A stretch of DNA of 64,000 nt from an uncultured delta proteobacterium (GCA_963782055.1 CAWAIF010000003.1:512001-576000), one strand, 5' to 3'; positions 10,658 to 22,407 are shown, counted from the first letter of the stretch. Made by a program: numbers and translations. The notes: a model not told the origin generated them from the letters alone.

Positions 10658-11314
10658 ATGGCCGAGGCGAAGAAGCGTTACGAGGACGCGCCGACACTGG
10701 ACGGGGACCCGGCGGTCTTCCGTCCGGGCGCGCGCCGCGACACGCCGGTGGAGGTCGCGTCGCTCGTGCGCGGCGAGTGGGTCGAGGTGGAGATCGGCCC
10801 CGGCCGCGGCGGCTTCATGCTCGAGCGCGCCGTCGCCGAGCCGCGCGCGGGCCTCGTCGGCCTGGAGATCCGGCGCAAGTGGGCCGCCATCGTCGACGCG
10901 CGCCTCGCCGGGCTGGGCCACGGCGCGCGCGCGCGCGTCTTCGCCGAGGACGCCAGGCCCGCCCTCGCGCGACTGCGCCCCGACGCCTCGGTGCGGCGCT
11001 TCTTCCTGCACTTCCCCGACCCGTGGTGGAAGAAGCGGCACGCCAAGCGACTGGTCGTCGGCACCACCCTCCTCGACGAGATGGCGCGCCTGCTCGAGCC
11101 GGGCGGCGAGCTCTTCGTCCAGACCGACGTGGAGGAGCGGGCGGAGCAGTACGAGGCCCTCGTGCTCGCCGACGCGCGCTTCGCTCCCGCCGGGGACGCG
11201 GCCGGAAGCGCCCGGCTGGCGGACAACCCGTACGGCGCGCGCAGCCCGCGCGAGCACCGCGCCATCGCCGACGGCCTGCCGGTCCACCGGATGCGCTTCG
11301 TGCGGCAGGGCTGA
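10658..11314 (+). CDS. trmB: tRNA (guanine-N7)-methyltransferase
   Basis: VEIGPGRG, GLEIR, HFPDPWWKKRHAKR, QTD. Confidence 0.92.
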   Translation: MAEAKKRYEDAPTLDGDPAVFRPGARRDTPVEVASLVRGEWVEVEIGPGRGGFMLERAVAEPRAGLVGLEIRRKWAAIVDARLAGLGHGARARVFAEDARPALARLRPDASVRRFFLHFPDPWWKKRHAKRLVVGTTLLDEMARLLEPGGELFVQTDVEERAEQYEALVLADARFAPAGDAAGSARLADNPYGARSPREHRAIADGLPVHRMRFVRQG

Positions 11315-11427
11315 GGCGCGTCACCGCTGACGCGCCAGGCGCCGCCGGTCCGACCTCTCCCGCGTCGCCGCCGACGCTACCCTCGCTCGTTGCGCGGTGA
11401 TTTCGTGCCTCCCGCCGGCCGCGACGA

Positions 11428-11442
11428 TGGAACGCGTCTTGA
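11428..11442 (+). promoter_or_regulatory. Candidate sigma54 promoter (TGGAACG-CGTC-TTGA)
   Basis: GG and GA 10 nt apart as in -24/-12 spacing; -12 is GA rather than GC; SD GGAGG and ATG 11471 follow. Confidence 0.4.
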
Positions 11443-11470
11443 GATGGGGATGGGTCGGAGGTCTCGACCC

Positions 11471-12157
11471 ATGCGCCTGCTCTTCTTCCCCATCTTCGTA
11501 TCCACCGTCCTCGCCACCGCGTGCAGCGTCTCGACAGGAGGCCCGGGCGATCCGCAGAGCCAGAACGACGCGGGGACGGGGGGCGACTCGCAAGCGGCGC
11601 ACCCCGACGCTGGCTTGCCGCAGCCCGTCCCGGCGGACGTGGTGGTCCAGACCACCTGCCCTGCGAGCACCGCGCCGTGCGGCGGCTCCGTCGTGGGCGT
11701 GTGGGACTACACCGGCGGCTGCGCCGAGGCCCCCCTCGACGACGTGAAGAAGGCCTGCCCGGCCGCCACCGTCTCCGACGTGCACGCCAAGGTGACCGGG
11801 CGCGTCGCCTTCGACGCGCTGACCGTGTCGCGCGCCTTCACGAGCACGTACCAGGCGACCATCACCGTCCCCGCCTCGTGCGCCACGGTCGCCGGCGGCT
11901 GCGCGGTGGTCCAGAAGGCCATGGCCCCGTCCTTTGACTCGGCCGCATGCACCGACGACGGCAGCGGCGGCTGCAGCTGCGCCGTCCAGGGCAGCCAGAG
12001 CAACTCCGCGGACACCGGCTACACCCTCCAGGGCAACACGGTCGTCACCGACGACGGAAACCGCTACGACTATTGCGTGCAGGGTTCGACGATGAGCTAC
12101 CAGCACGTCCAGGGGTCGTCTCCGGAGGCGGGCTCCTTCCAGCTCACCAAGCGCTGA
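11471..12157 (+). CDS. Cys-rich lipoprotein, unknown function
   Basis: Lipobox ATAC, DAG linker, CGGSVVGVW motif, SD GGAGG. Confidence 0.75.
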   Translation: MRLLFFPIFVSTVLATACSVSTGGPGDPQSQNDAGTGGDSQAAHPDAGLPQPVPADVVVQTTCPASTAPCGGSVVGVWDYTGGCAEAPLDDVKKACPAATVSDVHAKVTGRVAFDALTVSRAFTSTYQATITVPASCATVAGGCAVVQKAMAPSFDSAACTDDGSGGCSCAVQGSQSNSADTGYTLQGNTVVTDDGNRYDYCVQGSTMSYQHVQGSSPEAGSFQLTKR

Positions 12158-12161
12158 GATC

Positions 12162-12590
12162 ATGAGAGTCGCCGCCGTCATCGCCGCCGCCCTCCTCGCC
12201 GGCTGCTTCTACGACTTCGGCACGCCACCCTTGCCGAAGGGCGGCGGCGACGCAGGCGGCGGCGGGGACGGTGGCCCCGGCTACCAGTGCTCGGGCGCCA
12301 CCGCCGTGTGCAACGGCTCGTGCAACGACGGCTCGTGCGCGTTCGACTGCCCACCGGGCTCCACGTGCAACGCCTCGTGCAGCGGCGGCGGCTGCAGCTT
12401 CGTCTGCCCCGCGGGCTCGACGTGCAACGTCTCGTGCAGCGGCGGCGACTGCACCTTCGATTGCCACTCCGGATCGAAGTGCAACATCTCCTGCGCCGGC
12501 GGCGCGTGCAGCACCCAGTGCGACGGGAGCTGCGGGCCCATCAGCTGTCCACCCAGCGACTGCACCTGCGCCGGCCCCGGCTGCCAATGA
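12162..12590 (+). CDS. Small Cys-repeat lipoprotein
   Basis: Lipobox LAGC; 23 Cys in 142 aa; 19-aa repeats. Confidence 0.8.
   Translation: MRVAAVIAAALLAGCFYDFGTPPLPKGGGDAGGGGDGGPGYQCSGATAVCNGSCNDGSCAFDCPPGSTCNASCSGGGCSFVCPAGSTCNVSCSGGDCTFDCHSGSKCNISCAGGACSTQCDGSCGPISCPPSDCTCAGPGCQ
12309..12530 (+). repeat. 57-bp (19-aa) coding tandem repeat, about 3.9 copies
   Basis: TGCAAC at 12309, 12366, 12423, 12480 (period 57). Confidence 0.85.
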
Positions 12591-13576
12591 GACGCACGAT
12601 CCTCCTCGCCCTGGTCCTCGGCGTGGGGATGCTCGACGCGGCCCCCTCCCTCGCCCAGGATCGCACCGCGGCGAGCGCGGCGTACGATCGCGGCACGCAG
12701 GCCTACCACCGCGGCGACTACGCGGAGGCCGCCGGCGACTACGCCCGCGCGGACGAGCTCGCCCCGAGCGCCGTCGCGCTGCAGGCCGCGCTGGACGCCG
12801 CGGTGAAGGCGGACGACCCGGTGCTCGGCGCCGAGCTCCTGGAGCGGGCGGAGAAGCGCGCGGCGCACGGCGCGCTCGCCGCATCCATCCGCAAGGCCCG
12901 GGCGAAGCTCGCGCACCGCGCGGGGAAGGTGCGCGTCACGTGCCCCGGGCCGTGCACCGCCACCCTCGACGGCGGCGCGGTGGAGCTGGACCACTCGCGC
13001 TGGGTCAAGCCCGGCGCGCACGTCATCGCCTTCACCGTCGACGGCCGAAGCGCGAACCGCGACGTCACCGTGCGCCCCGACGAGACGGCGGAGGTGTCTC
13101 CCCCCGATGCGCTGCTCGCGCCCCCGCCCGTCGCGACCGCGCCGCCGCCCGCCGCGTCGTCGGCGCCGCCCGTCACCATCGCGCCGCCGCCCGCCACCAC
13201 GTCGACCCCGCCCCCACCCGGTCCCGCGCCCACCGACCACGCCACCGCCGGCCTGTCGCCGGGCTGGTTCTGGGCGGGCCTCATCGTGACCGGCGTGTCG
13301 GCGGCGGGCGCCGTCGCAGCCCTCGCCGACGCGCAGTCGGTGCACGACCAGTTCGTGGCGAAGTCGTGCTCCAAGACCGCGTCGACCACGTGCACCAACC
13401 TCTCGCAGGAAGGCTGGGCCACCGAGATCGCCGGCGACGTGCTGGTGGGCGTGGGCGCCGTCGCGGCGTTGTGGACGGTCGTCGCCGGCGTCTGGCTCGT
13501 CCGCTGGCACGCGCCGAGTGTCGCGGTCACCGCGGGCCCACACGGGGCCGCGGTGCTCTGGTCGACGGCCTTTTGA
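12587..13576 (+). CDS. Secreted TPR + PEGA-like protein with hydrophobic C-terminus
   Basis: Signal peptide, TPR-like AYDRGTQAYHRGDYAEAA, PEGA-like LDG..VKPGAHVI, Pro-rich linker, Gly/Ala hydrophobic tail ending in F; ATGA overlap. Confidence 0.75.
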   Translation: MRRTILLALVLGVGMLDAAPSLAQDRTAASAAYDRGTQAYHRGDYAEAAGDYARADELAPSAVALQAALDAAVKADDPVLGAELLERAEKRAAHGALAASIRKARAKLAHRAGKVRVTCPGPCTATLDGGAVELDHSRWVKPGAHVIAFTVDGRSANRDVTVRPDETAEVSPPDALLAPPPVATAPPPAASSAPPVTIAPPPATTSTPPPPGPAPTDHATAGLSPGWFWAGLIVTGVSAAGAVAALADAQSVHDQFVAKSCSKTASTTCTNLSQEGWATEIAGDVLVGVGAVAALWTVVAGVWLVRWHAPSVAVTAGPHGAAVLWSTAF

Positions 13577-13591
13577 TATAGTCGACGGCCG

Positions 13592-15061
13592 ATGGGCAGC
13601 GCTCCGGATGGCGCGTCCCGCTACGAGGTGCTCTTCAAGCTCGCCGCGGGGGGCATGGCTACGGTCTACGTGGGCACCGCTCGCGGCGCGATGGGCTTCC
13701 GTCAGATCGTCGCCATCAAGCGCCCTCACCCGCACCTGCTCGACGACCCGGGCTACCGCCGCGAGCTCGTCGCCGAGGCGCGCCTCGCGTCGCTGATCCA
13801 TCACGTGAACGTCGTGGACGTGCGCGACGTGGAGGCGACCGACACCACGCTGCAGCTCGTGATGGACTACATCGAGGGCGCGTCCTTCGGCGAGCTCATC
13901 GTCGCCGCCAGCAAGGCGGGGCGGCGGCTGCCTCCCGGCGCGGTGGTGCGCATCGCCCTCGACGCGTGCGCCGGCCTGCACGCCGCCCACGAGCTCATCG
14001 ACGAGAAGGGGCGGGCGGTCGGTCTCGTCCACCGCGACATCTCCCCGCAGAACATCCTGGTCGGGCTGGACGGCACCGCGCGCGTCTCCGACTTCGGGGT
14101 GGCGAAGGCGACCGCCGCCTCCGCCACGACCAGCGGCGCCCTGAAGGGCAAGCTCGCGTACATGGCGCCGGAGTACCTGCAGGGCCAGCGCATCGACCGC
14201 CGCGCCGACGTCTTCGCGATGGGCGTCGTCGTGTGGGAGGCGCTGACGGGCAAGCGCCTCTTCCGCGGCGCGAGCGAGGCGGACACCATCCACCGCGTGC
14301 TCTTCGTCGACCCGAAGCCTGTCTCGGCGGAGGCGCCGGAGCTCGGCACGCACTTCGACGCGGCGCTCGCCACCGCCCTCGCCAAGAAGCCGGAGGAGCG
14401 CTTCGCGACGGCGCGCGCCTTCGCCGCGGCGCTGGAGGCGAGCGCGCAAGGAGCCGGCACGCTCGCCAGCCACCCCGACGTCGCGGCCGTCGTGCTCGAC
14501 CTCGCAGGCGTGGCGCTGGAGGCACGCCGCGCGGAGATCCGCGGGCGGCTCTCGCAGGAGCCGGGCCTGCTCAGCATCATGGGCGCCGACCCGCCCAGCT
14601 TGCCCACGCGCGATCTCGGCGCCGCCACCGTCCCCGACGCGCGGCCGGTGCAGCTGCCGCCGCTCGCGCTCTACGGCAGCACCGAGCCCACCGTCTCGGA
14701 GGTGTCCGCCGCGACGCAGGAGCCGCTCTCGCCCGCGGGTGTTCCTCCGGCGCGCTCCGCCCTGCGCCGCGTCGCCGGCGTGGCCGCCGTGGTCGGCGTG
14801 CTGGCCGGGGGCGCGGGGCTCCTCGCGATGCGCGCGGCGAGTCGACCGCCGGAGCGTGCCGCGCCGGCGTCGGACGTCTCCATCGCGCCGCCCGTGCGGA
14901 GCCAGGCCGCCTCGGCCGCGCCCGTGCCGTCGTCGGAGCTGGACGCCGCACCCCCGCCGCTCGCGCCGCTCTCCTCGACGGCCGCGCCGCCGGCGGCGCA
15001 CGCGCCCGCGGCGCATCACGTCAAACCGCCCAGCGGACCTCCGCCCAACCCCTACCGCTGA
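13592..15061 (+). CDS. Hanks-type Ser/Thr protein kinase with TM helix
   Basis: LAAGGMATVY, VAIK, HRDISPQN, DFG, GKLAYMAPE. Confidence 0.95.
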   Translation: MGSAPDGASRYEVLFKLAAGGMATVYVGTARGAMGFRQIVAIKRPHPHLLDDPGYRRELVAEARLASLIHHVNVVDVRDVEATDTTLQLVMDYIEGASFGELIVAASKAGRRLPPGAVVRIALDACAGLHAAHELIDEKGRAVGLVHRDISPQNILVGLDGTARVSDFGVAKATAASATTSGALKGKLAYMAPEYLQGQRIDRRADVFAMGVVVWEALTGKRLFRGASEADTIHRVLFVDPKPVSAEAPELGTHFDAALATALAKKPEERFATARAFAAALEASAQGAGTLASHPDVAAVVLDLAGVALEARRAEIRGRLSQEPGLLSIMGADPPSLPTRDLGAATVPDARPVQLPPLALYGSTEPTVSEVSAATQEPLSPAGVPPARSALRRVAGVAAVVGVLAGGAGLLAMRAASRPPERAAPASDVSIAPPVRSQAASAAPVPSSELDAAPPPLAPLSSTAAPPAAHAPAAHHVKPPSGPPPNPYR

Positions 15062-15083
15062 CAAGCGCTATCATCGCCGGACG

Positions 15084-16424
15084 ATGTCCTTCCGTCTGGA
15101 CGAGACCGAGCGCGCTCAGCCCAGGCCCGTCTTCGTCAAGGTCCCGCAGGTGACGCTCGTGGTGGTCGAGGGTCCCTCGCGCGGCCGCTCCGCCCGCGTG
15201 ACCGGCAGCACGCTGCGCATCGGGTCGTCGGAGGCATGCGGTCTGCACATCGAGGACCGCCGCGTCTCGCGCGTGCACTGCGAGGTGGCCGTCTCCGCCG
15301 ATGCCGTGGGCGTGCGCGATCTCGGCAGCACCAACGGCACCTTCGTCAACGGCGTGCGCGTGCGCGACGCGGACCTCGCCGCCGGGAGCGTCCTGCGCGT
15401 CGGCGACTCGTCGGTGCGCGTCGATGTCGACCCCGCTCCCGCCAGCGTGCCCATCTCCCCGCACGACTCCTTCGGCGAGCTGCTCGGCTCCAGCGTCGCG
15501 ATGCGCATGCTCTACGCCGTGCTGGAGCGCGCCGCGCCGACCGACACCACCGTGCTGTTGCTCGGGGAGACGGGGACCGGCAAGGATGTCGCTGCGCGCA
15601 GCATCCACGCCGCCTCCGCGCGCAAGGACGGGCCGCTGGTGCCGGTGGATTGCGGCGCCATCCCGGAGAACCTCATCGAGAGCGAGCTCTTCGGCCACGT
15701 GCGCGGGGCGTTCACCGGCGCGGTCGCCAGCCGCAAGGGCGCCTTCGAGGAGGCGTCGGGCGGCACCCTCTTCCTGGACGAGATCGGCGAGATGCCGGTC
15801 TCCCTCCAGCCGAAGCTGCTTCGCGCCATCGAGACGCGCACCATCCGGCGCGTGGGCGAGACGACGCCGCGGCCCATCGACGTGCGCATCGTCGCGGCGA
15901 CCAACCGACCCCTCGCGCGCGCGGTGAACGAGGGCACCTTCCGCGAGGACCTCTACTACCGCCTCGCGGTGATCGAGGCGACGCTGCCGCCGCTGCGCGC
16001 GCGCCGCGAGGACGTGCCCGCGCTCGCCGCCGCCTTCCACCGCCGCCTGGCGGGGGCGGACGCCACGCTCCCCGCGGCATACCTCGCCTCGCTCGCGGCG
16101 AAGGCCTGGCCGGGCAACGTCCGCGAGCTGCGCAACGCCATCGAGCGCGACGTCACCCTCGGCGCGACCGGCGCGCCCGGCGAGCCGGCCCTGCAGGAGC
16201 CGCTGCCCGCCGGCGTCGCCTCGCTGGTGCCGCTGCACCTGCCACTGAAGGACGCGCGCGCGGCGTGGAATCGTGCGTTCGAGAGCATCTACGCGCGGGC
16301 CATGCTGGACAAGACCGGGGGCAACCTCACGCGCGCCGCGGAGCTCGCGGGCGTGAGCCGGCGCTTCATGCAGCGCATGCTCGCGCGTCTCGGCATGAGC
16401 CGCGACGACGGCGCCGACGAGTGA
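15084..16424 (+). CDS. FHA-sigma54 enhancer-binding protein
   Basis: FHA ([18 protein letters not shown]), [44 protein letters not shown]. Confidence 0.93.
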   Translation: MSFRLDETERAQPRPVFVKVPQVTLVVVEGPSRGRSARVTGSTLRIGSSEACGLHIEDRRVSRVHCEVAVSADAVGVRDLGSTNGTFVNGVRVRDADLAAGSVLRVGDSSVRVDVDPAPASVPISPHDSFGELLGSSVAMRMLYAVLERAAPTDTTVLLLGETGTGKDVAARSIHAASARKDGPLVPVDCGAIPENLIESELFGHVRGAFTGAVASRKGAFEEASGGTLFLDEIGEMPVSLQPKLLRAIETRTIRRVGETTPRPIDVRIVAATNRPLARAVNEGTFREDLYYRLAVIEATLPPLRARREDVPALAAAFHRRLAGADATLPAAYLASLAAKAWPGNVRELRNAIERDVTLGATGAPGEPALQEPLPAGVASLVPLHLPLKDARAAWNRAFESIYARAMLDKTGGNLTRAAELAGVSRRFMQRMLARLGMSRDDGADE

Positions 16425-16479
16425 CGCCCTCGCGCAAGCCCGACGCGCGGCAGAGGACCTGCGCAGGGGAGGGGCCCGC

Positions 16480-18480
<2,001 letters not shown>

Positions 18481-18710
18481 GAATCCTCGGCCAGACGGAA
18501 CGCGAACGTGACGAGCGCGTTTCGCCCGTGTCGATCGAAACCTCTAAACGGTAAACTGCGGACCTTGCCCGGTCAATCGAGCGCGCCCCTCCAGACGATG
18601 TGGTGCAAGGTGGGCGGCGCCCGCCGGCCAGGCACGGACGAGCCGGCCTTCAGGGGGCGGCGGCGTTTGGACCGGCGCCCGGCGCCCTGCCTTTGCTACA
18701 ACTGCTGGCG

Positions 18711-19985
18711 TTGCGCCTCCTCGCCCTCGCCGCCGTGCTCCTGCTCCCGGCCACCGCGGTCGCGGCCGGGCCGAGCCCGGTCCTCAAGGGGCCCTGGCTC
18801 ACCGAGCTGGGCGCGCACGGGGTGTCCATCCGCGCGGAGGTGGACCCGCCCGCGCCCGTGAGCGTCGTCATCGACTCGGCGACGCCCCCGCGCGAGCTGC
18901 GCGACGACCAGACCAGGGCCATCCACGTGGTGCGGGTGGACGGGCTGGAGCCGCACACCCGCTACCGCTACAGCCTGCACGTCGGCGGCGCGCAGATCGC
19001 CGGCAGCTTCACCACCGCGCCGCCCGACGACGACCCCGCGCCGATCCGGTTCATCATCTACGGCGACGACCGCTCTGACGTGCTCGCGCACGCGTCGGTG
19101 GTGCGCGCCATCTCCGACGAGCCCTCCGACTTCCTGATCAACACGGGCGACATGGTCGGCGACGGGGCGAGCGGCTCGCAGTGGCAGACCTTCTTCGAGG
19201 TCGAGGGCCCGCTTCTGCGCGACCGCTGCCTCTTCCCTGCCATCGGCAACCATGAGCTGGAGGACGGGACCATGTTCCCCTCCTTCTTCGGCCCCTCCTA
19301 CGCGGAGGGCTTCGACTACACCTTCCGCTGGGGGCGGGCGCGCTTCTTCTTCGTCAACGGCGAGGGCAGCTTCACCGGGAAGCAGCGCGACTGGCTGGAC
19401 CGCGTGCTCACCAAGGCCGACGCCGAGCCGGGCCTCGTCTGGCGGGTGTTCGTCATCCACGACGGCCCGTACGCGTCGGGCATCCACGGTGACAACCCCG
19501 CCGTGCACGCCGGCGACATCCCGGAGATGCTCGCACGGCATCACGTGGACTTCGTCCTGGAGGGGCACGATCACCTCTACGAGCGCGGCGCGGCAGACGG
19601 CCTGCGCTACGTCGCGAGCGGCGGCGGCGGCGCCCCCCTCTACCCCGTCGTGCATCGCCGGGCCACCACGCGCAAGGTGGAGTCCACCCACCACTTCGTG
19701 CTGTTCGAGCTGGGGAAGGACTCCGGCACGCTGACGGCCAAGCGCGTCGACGGGAGCGTCATCGAGCAGGTGGGCTTCAAGAAGACGAACCTCTGGGACG
19801 ACGATCCGGCGCCGCCCGCCCCGCCGCCGTCCGGCCCCGCCGTCGGCAGGGCGCCTCCCGCGCCGCCGCAGCCGCTCGGGTGGACGGCGAGCCAGACGAC
19901 ACACACGCTGCGCAACGTCGTGATCGTGCTGGGCGCGCTCGCCGCGGTGGCGTGGGGCGTGCGCCGCATGCGACGAGAGAGTTGA
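18711..19985 (+). CDS. Purple acid phosphatase-like metallophosphoesterase (FN3 + catalytic, C-terminal TM)
   Basis: YGDD, TGDMV, IGNHE, GHDHLYER; TTG start approximate. Confidence 0.85.
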   Translation: MRLLALAAVLLLPATAVAAGPSPVLKGPWLTELGAHGVSIRAEVDPPAPVSVVIDSATPPRELRDDQTRAIHVVRVDGLEPHTRYRYSLHVGGAQIAGSFTTAPPDDDPAPIRFIIYGDDRSDVLAHASVVRAISDEPSDFLINTGDMVGDGASGSQWQTFFEVEGPLLRDRCLFPAIGNHELEDGTMFPSFFGPSYAEGFDYTFRWGRARFFFVNGEGSFTGKQRDWLDRVLTKADAEPGLVWRVFVIHDGPYASGIHGDNPAVHAGDIPEMLARHHVDFVLEGHDHLYERGAADGLRYVASGGGGAPLYPVVHRRATTRKVESTHHFVLFELGKDSGTLTAKRVDGSVIEQVGFKKTNLWDDDPAPPAPPPSGPAVGRAPPAPPQPLGWTASQTTHTLRNVVIVLGALAAVAWGVRRMRRES

Positions 19986-20019
19986 TCCGCCGCCCGCGGC
20001 GCCTGTACCCTCCGTGGCG

Positions 20020-20445
20020 ATGCGCTCGCTCTTCGTCGTCCTCGCCCTCGTGGGCGCCGCCGGCTGCGCCACCTACAGCGACGAGCTGGGCCGCGGCCAG
20101 GCCGCCTTCGAGAAGAACGACTACGAGCGCGCGCTGGCGATGTTCCGCGCGCTGGAGCCCGACCAGTCGCACTTCTCCACGCAGGAGCGCGCGCACTACG
20201 CGTACCTGCGCGGCATGACGGACTACCGCATCGGCTACAAGTCGGACGCGCGCCACTGGCTGATGATCAGCACGGCCATCGACGAGCAGAACCCGGGCTC
20301 GCTCCCCTCCGACTGGAAGAAGCGCGACAAGGACACGCTCAAGGACCTGAACGACGACGTCTTCGGCGGGACGGGGCTCACCAACAAGCGGGTGACCGAC
20401 ACCGACATGCCGAAGCACTCGTCGTCTTCGTCCGGCGACGAATGA
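20020..20445 (+). CDS. TPR-like lipoprotein
   Basis: Lipobox AAGC; GQAAFEKNDYERALA helical repeat. Confidence 0.75.
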   Translation: MRSLFVVLALVGAAGCATYSDELGRGQAAFEKNDYERALAMFRALEPDQSHFSTQERAHYAYLRGMTDYRIGYKSDARHWLMISTAIDEQNPGSLPSDWKKRDKDTLKDLNDDVFGGTGLTNKRVTDTDMPKHSSSSSGDE

Positions 20446-20458
20446 CCCCGGACGCGCG

Positions 20459-20644
20459 CTAGTTGCGCGAGCGAGTCATGGCGTAGAGACGGTCCTTCAT
20501 GGCGAGCTTCTCGCGCTTGAGGCGTGTGGCGAGCTGCCGCTCCACCTCGCTCATCCGCGCCCCGCGACGCTCCAGCCTCTTGATGCGCAAGTCCAGCACA
20601 CGGTGCTGCGTCTCCAGGCCCTCGATCGACGTGCCTTCGCGCAT
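20459..20644 (-). CDS. Small DUF465/YdcH-like coiled-coil protein
   Basis: LETQHRVLDLRI...LKREKLAMKDRL pattern; 61 aa. Confidence 0.75.
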   Translation of the reverse strand: MREGTSIEGLETQHRVLDLRIKRLERRGARMSEVERQLATRLKREKLAMKDRLYAMTRSRN

Positions 20645-20819
20645 TTTCCGACCCTTTCCCGGGGCGCTCGCCCCGACACGGCAGAACCCGCATCCAGATG
20701 GAAGTCGAGGGCGGCCCGAAGCCGCCGTCAATGGACGCGATGCCCGATTCTTGATGTCCTGGCTCGAAAAACCGCCGGGGCGTGGGAACATTCCAGGGCT
20801 GGTGAACTCGATCCTCTCG

Positions 20820-22097
20820 ATGCGCGCTCTTCTGCTCCTGCTGCCCCTGGGCCTGGTGGCCTGCGCGGGCGCCGCACCCCCGCCTGCGGCCGCGCCGTTG
20901 GCCGCGCCGACACACGTCGTGGTGGACCAGCAGATCATCACTCCGACCCAGGACGCCAGCGCGCGCGAGCTGCTCGCCCGCGGCGAGCGAGCGCTGCTGG
21001 ACGGCGACTACGAGGAGGCGCGACGCGCGCTGGACACCCTGCTCGCCGCCGGGCCCTCTCCGGCGATGAAGCCGCTGGTCCTGTTCGAGCTCGGCGCAGC
21101 GTACGAGGGGCTCGGCCAGCGCGAGCGCGCGCGCGACCTCTATCACGAGGTGGCCGACGAGTTTCCCCATTCCCCGCAGGCGCGCGCCGCGCTGGAGCGC
21201 GCCGTCTGGGTCCACGCTTACCTCGAGGAGTGGGACAAGCTCGGCGTCACAGGCGAGGCGCTGCTCGCGCGCCCCGACGCCAAGCCCATCGATCGCATGA
21301 CCGCCTACGGCGCGCGCGCTCTCTCTCGCATCGAGGCGGGCGACGACGATCACGCCATGCGCGACGTCCAGTCCGGGCTCGATATCGTGGAGGCGCTGCA
21401 CTTCGGCACCGCCGGTCGGCTCCCGCCGCCGGTGGCCATGCTCCGCTTCGCGCTGGCGGAGATCCGCCGCGTCCGCTCGGAGCGCATCACCTTGCAGCCG
21501 GTGACCGACGACTTCGTGGCGCGCCTCTCCGCTCGCTGCCAGCTCCTGCTCGACGCGCAGAGCGCCTACGCCGACGCGATGCGCTCGGAGGACACGCACT
21601 GGACGACGATGAGCGGCTACCGCGTGGGCGCGATGTACCGGCAGCTCCACGCCGAGCTGATGGCCATCCCCTCCGACGGCCGCGCCAAGAACGACAGCGA
21701 CCGGCAGGTGTTCTACGCGATCATGCACGTGCGCTACCGCGCGCTGCTGGACAAGGGCATCGAGATGCTGCGGCGCACGCTGGCCACGGCGGACAGGACT
21801 CACGACGACTCGGCCTGGGTCGCGCGGTGCAAGGAGGCCAAGGCGGAGATGGAGAAGTCGCTGGAGGAGGAGAAGGCGACCATGGCCCGGTTCCCCTTCA
21901 ACGAGGCGACCACCCAGCGCGCGCTCGAGATCATGGAGCAGCACTACAAGGAGAAGCAGGCGAAGGCTGCTGGACATCACGCGGCTGCGGCCGGCAAGGC
22001 GACCAGGGCGAAGGGCACGGGCCACGACAGGCACGCGGCGGGTGGGGAAGAGGTCGTGACCCACCCCAAGCACGCCGCCAGCTCGTCCGGTCCCTGA
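20820..22097 (+). CDS. TPR lipoprotein
   Basis: Lipobox LVAC; TPR helices LFELGAAYEGLG, EFPHSP. Confidence 0.75.
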   Translation: MRALLLLLPLGLVACAGAAPPPAAAPLAAPTHVVVDQQIITPTQDASARELLARGERALLDGDYEEARRALDTLLAAGPSPAMKPLVLFELGAAYEGLGQRERARDLYHEVADEFPHSPQARAALERAVWVHAYLEEWDKLGVTGEALLARPDAKPIDRMTAYGARALSRIEAGDDDHAMRDVQSGLDIVEALHFGTAGRLPPPVAMLRFALAEIRRVRSERITLQPVTDDFVARLSARCQLLLDAQSAYADAMRSEDTHWTTMSGYRVGAMYRQLHAELMAIPSDGRAKNDSDRQVFYAIMHVRYRALLDKGIEMLRRTLATADRTHDDSAWVARCKEAKAEMEKSLEEEKATMARFPFNEATTQRALEIMEQHYKEKQAKAAGHHAAAAGKATRAKGTGHDRHAAGGEEVVTHPKHAASSSGP

Positions 22098-22217
22098 GCC
22101 GGTCGGGGCTGGCGGCCGAGACCCCTCCCCCACGCACGGAGGCACGGCGCCGGACCGCGAGCGTGCTAACGATGGCCGTCGGGAGGCAGAAAGTGGCGGG
22201 CTGCCCCGTCCGTCATC

Positions 22218-22246
22218 TTGCGGGCGCTGGCGGAGTAGGCTAGCTT
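22218..22246 (+). promoter_or_regulatory. Sigma70-like promoter for the tRNA cluster
   Basis: TTGCGG-N17-TAGCTT followed by a GC-rich discriminator. Confidence 0.5.
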
Positions 22247-22303
22247 CCGCGCCCCCCAAGGCCCGCGGTCGCTCTCCGACCGCTTGGACGAGGAGGTTTT
22301 CGC

Positions 22304-22375
22304 GCTGGCGTAGCTCAATGGCAGAGCACCTGTTTTGTAAACAGGTGGTTAGGGGTTCAAGTCCCCTCGCCAGCT
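22304..22375 (+). tRNA. tRNA-Thr(TGT)
   Basis: Acceptor GCTGGCG/CGCCAGC, anticodon arm CCTGT-TTTGTAA-ACAGG, GTTCAA; CCA not encoded. Confidence 0.95.
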
Positions 22376-22407
22376 CCGCCACGCGAGGTTCGAGTTTCAA
22401 GCATTCC

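Noticed and set aside
13561..13590. GTCGACGGCC direct repeat flanking TTTTGATATA
   Set aside because: Only 10 bp and GC-rich, with no element between the copies; could be chance or a micro-duplication
19900..19985. Phosphatase C-terminal TM plus Arg tail as MYXO-CTERM
   Set aside because: Lacks the GC motif; likely a plain membrane anchor
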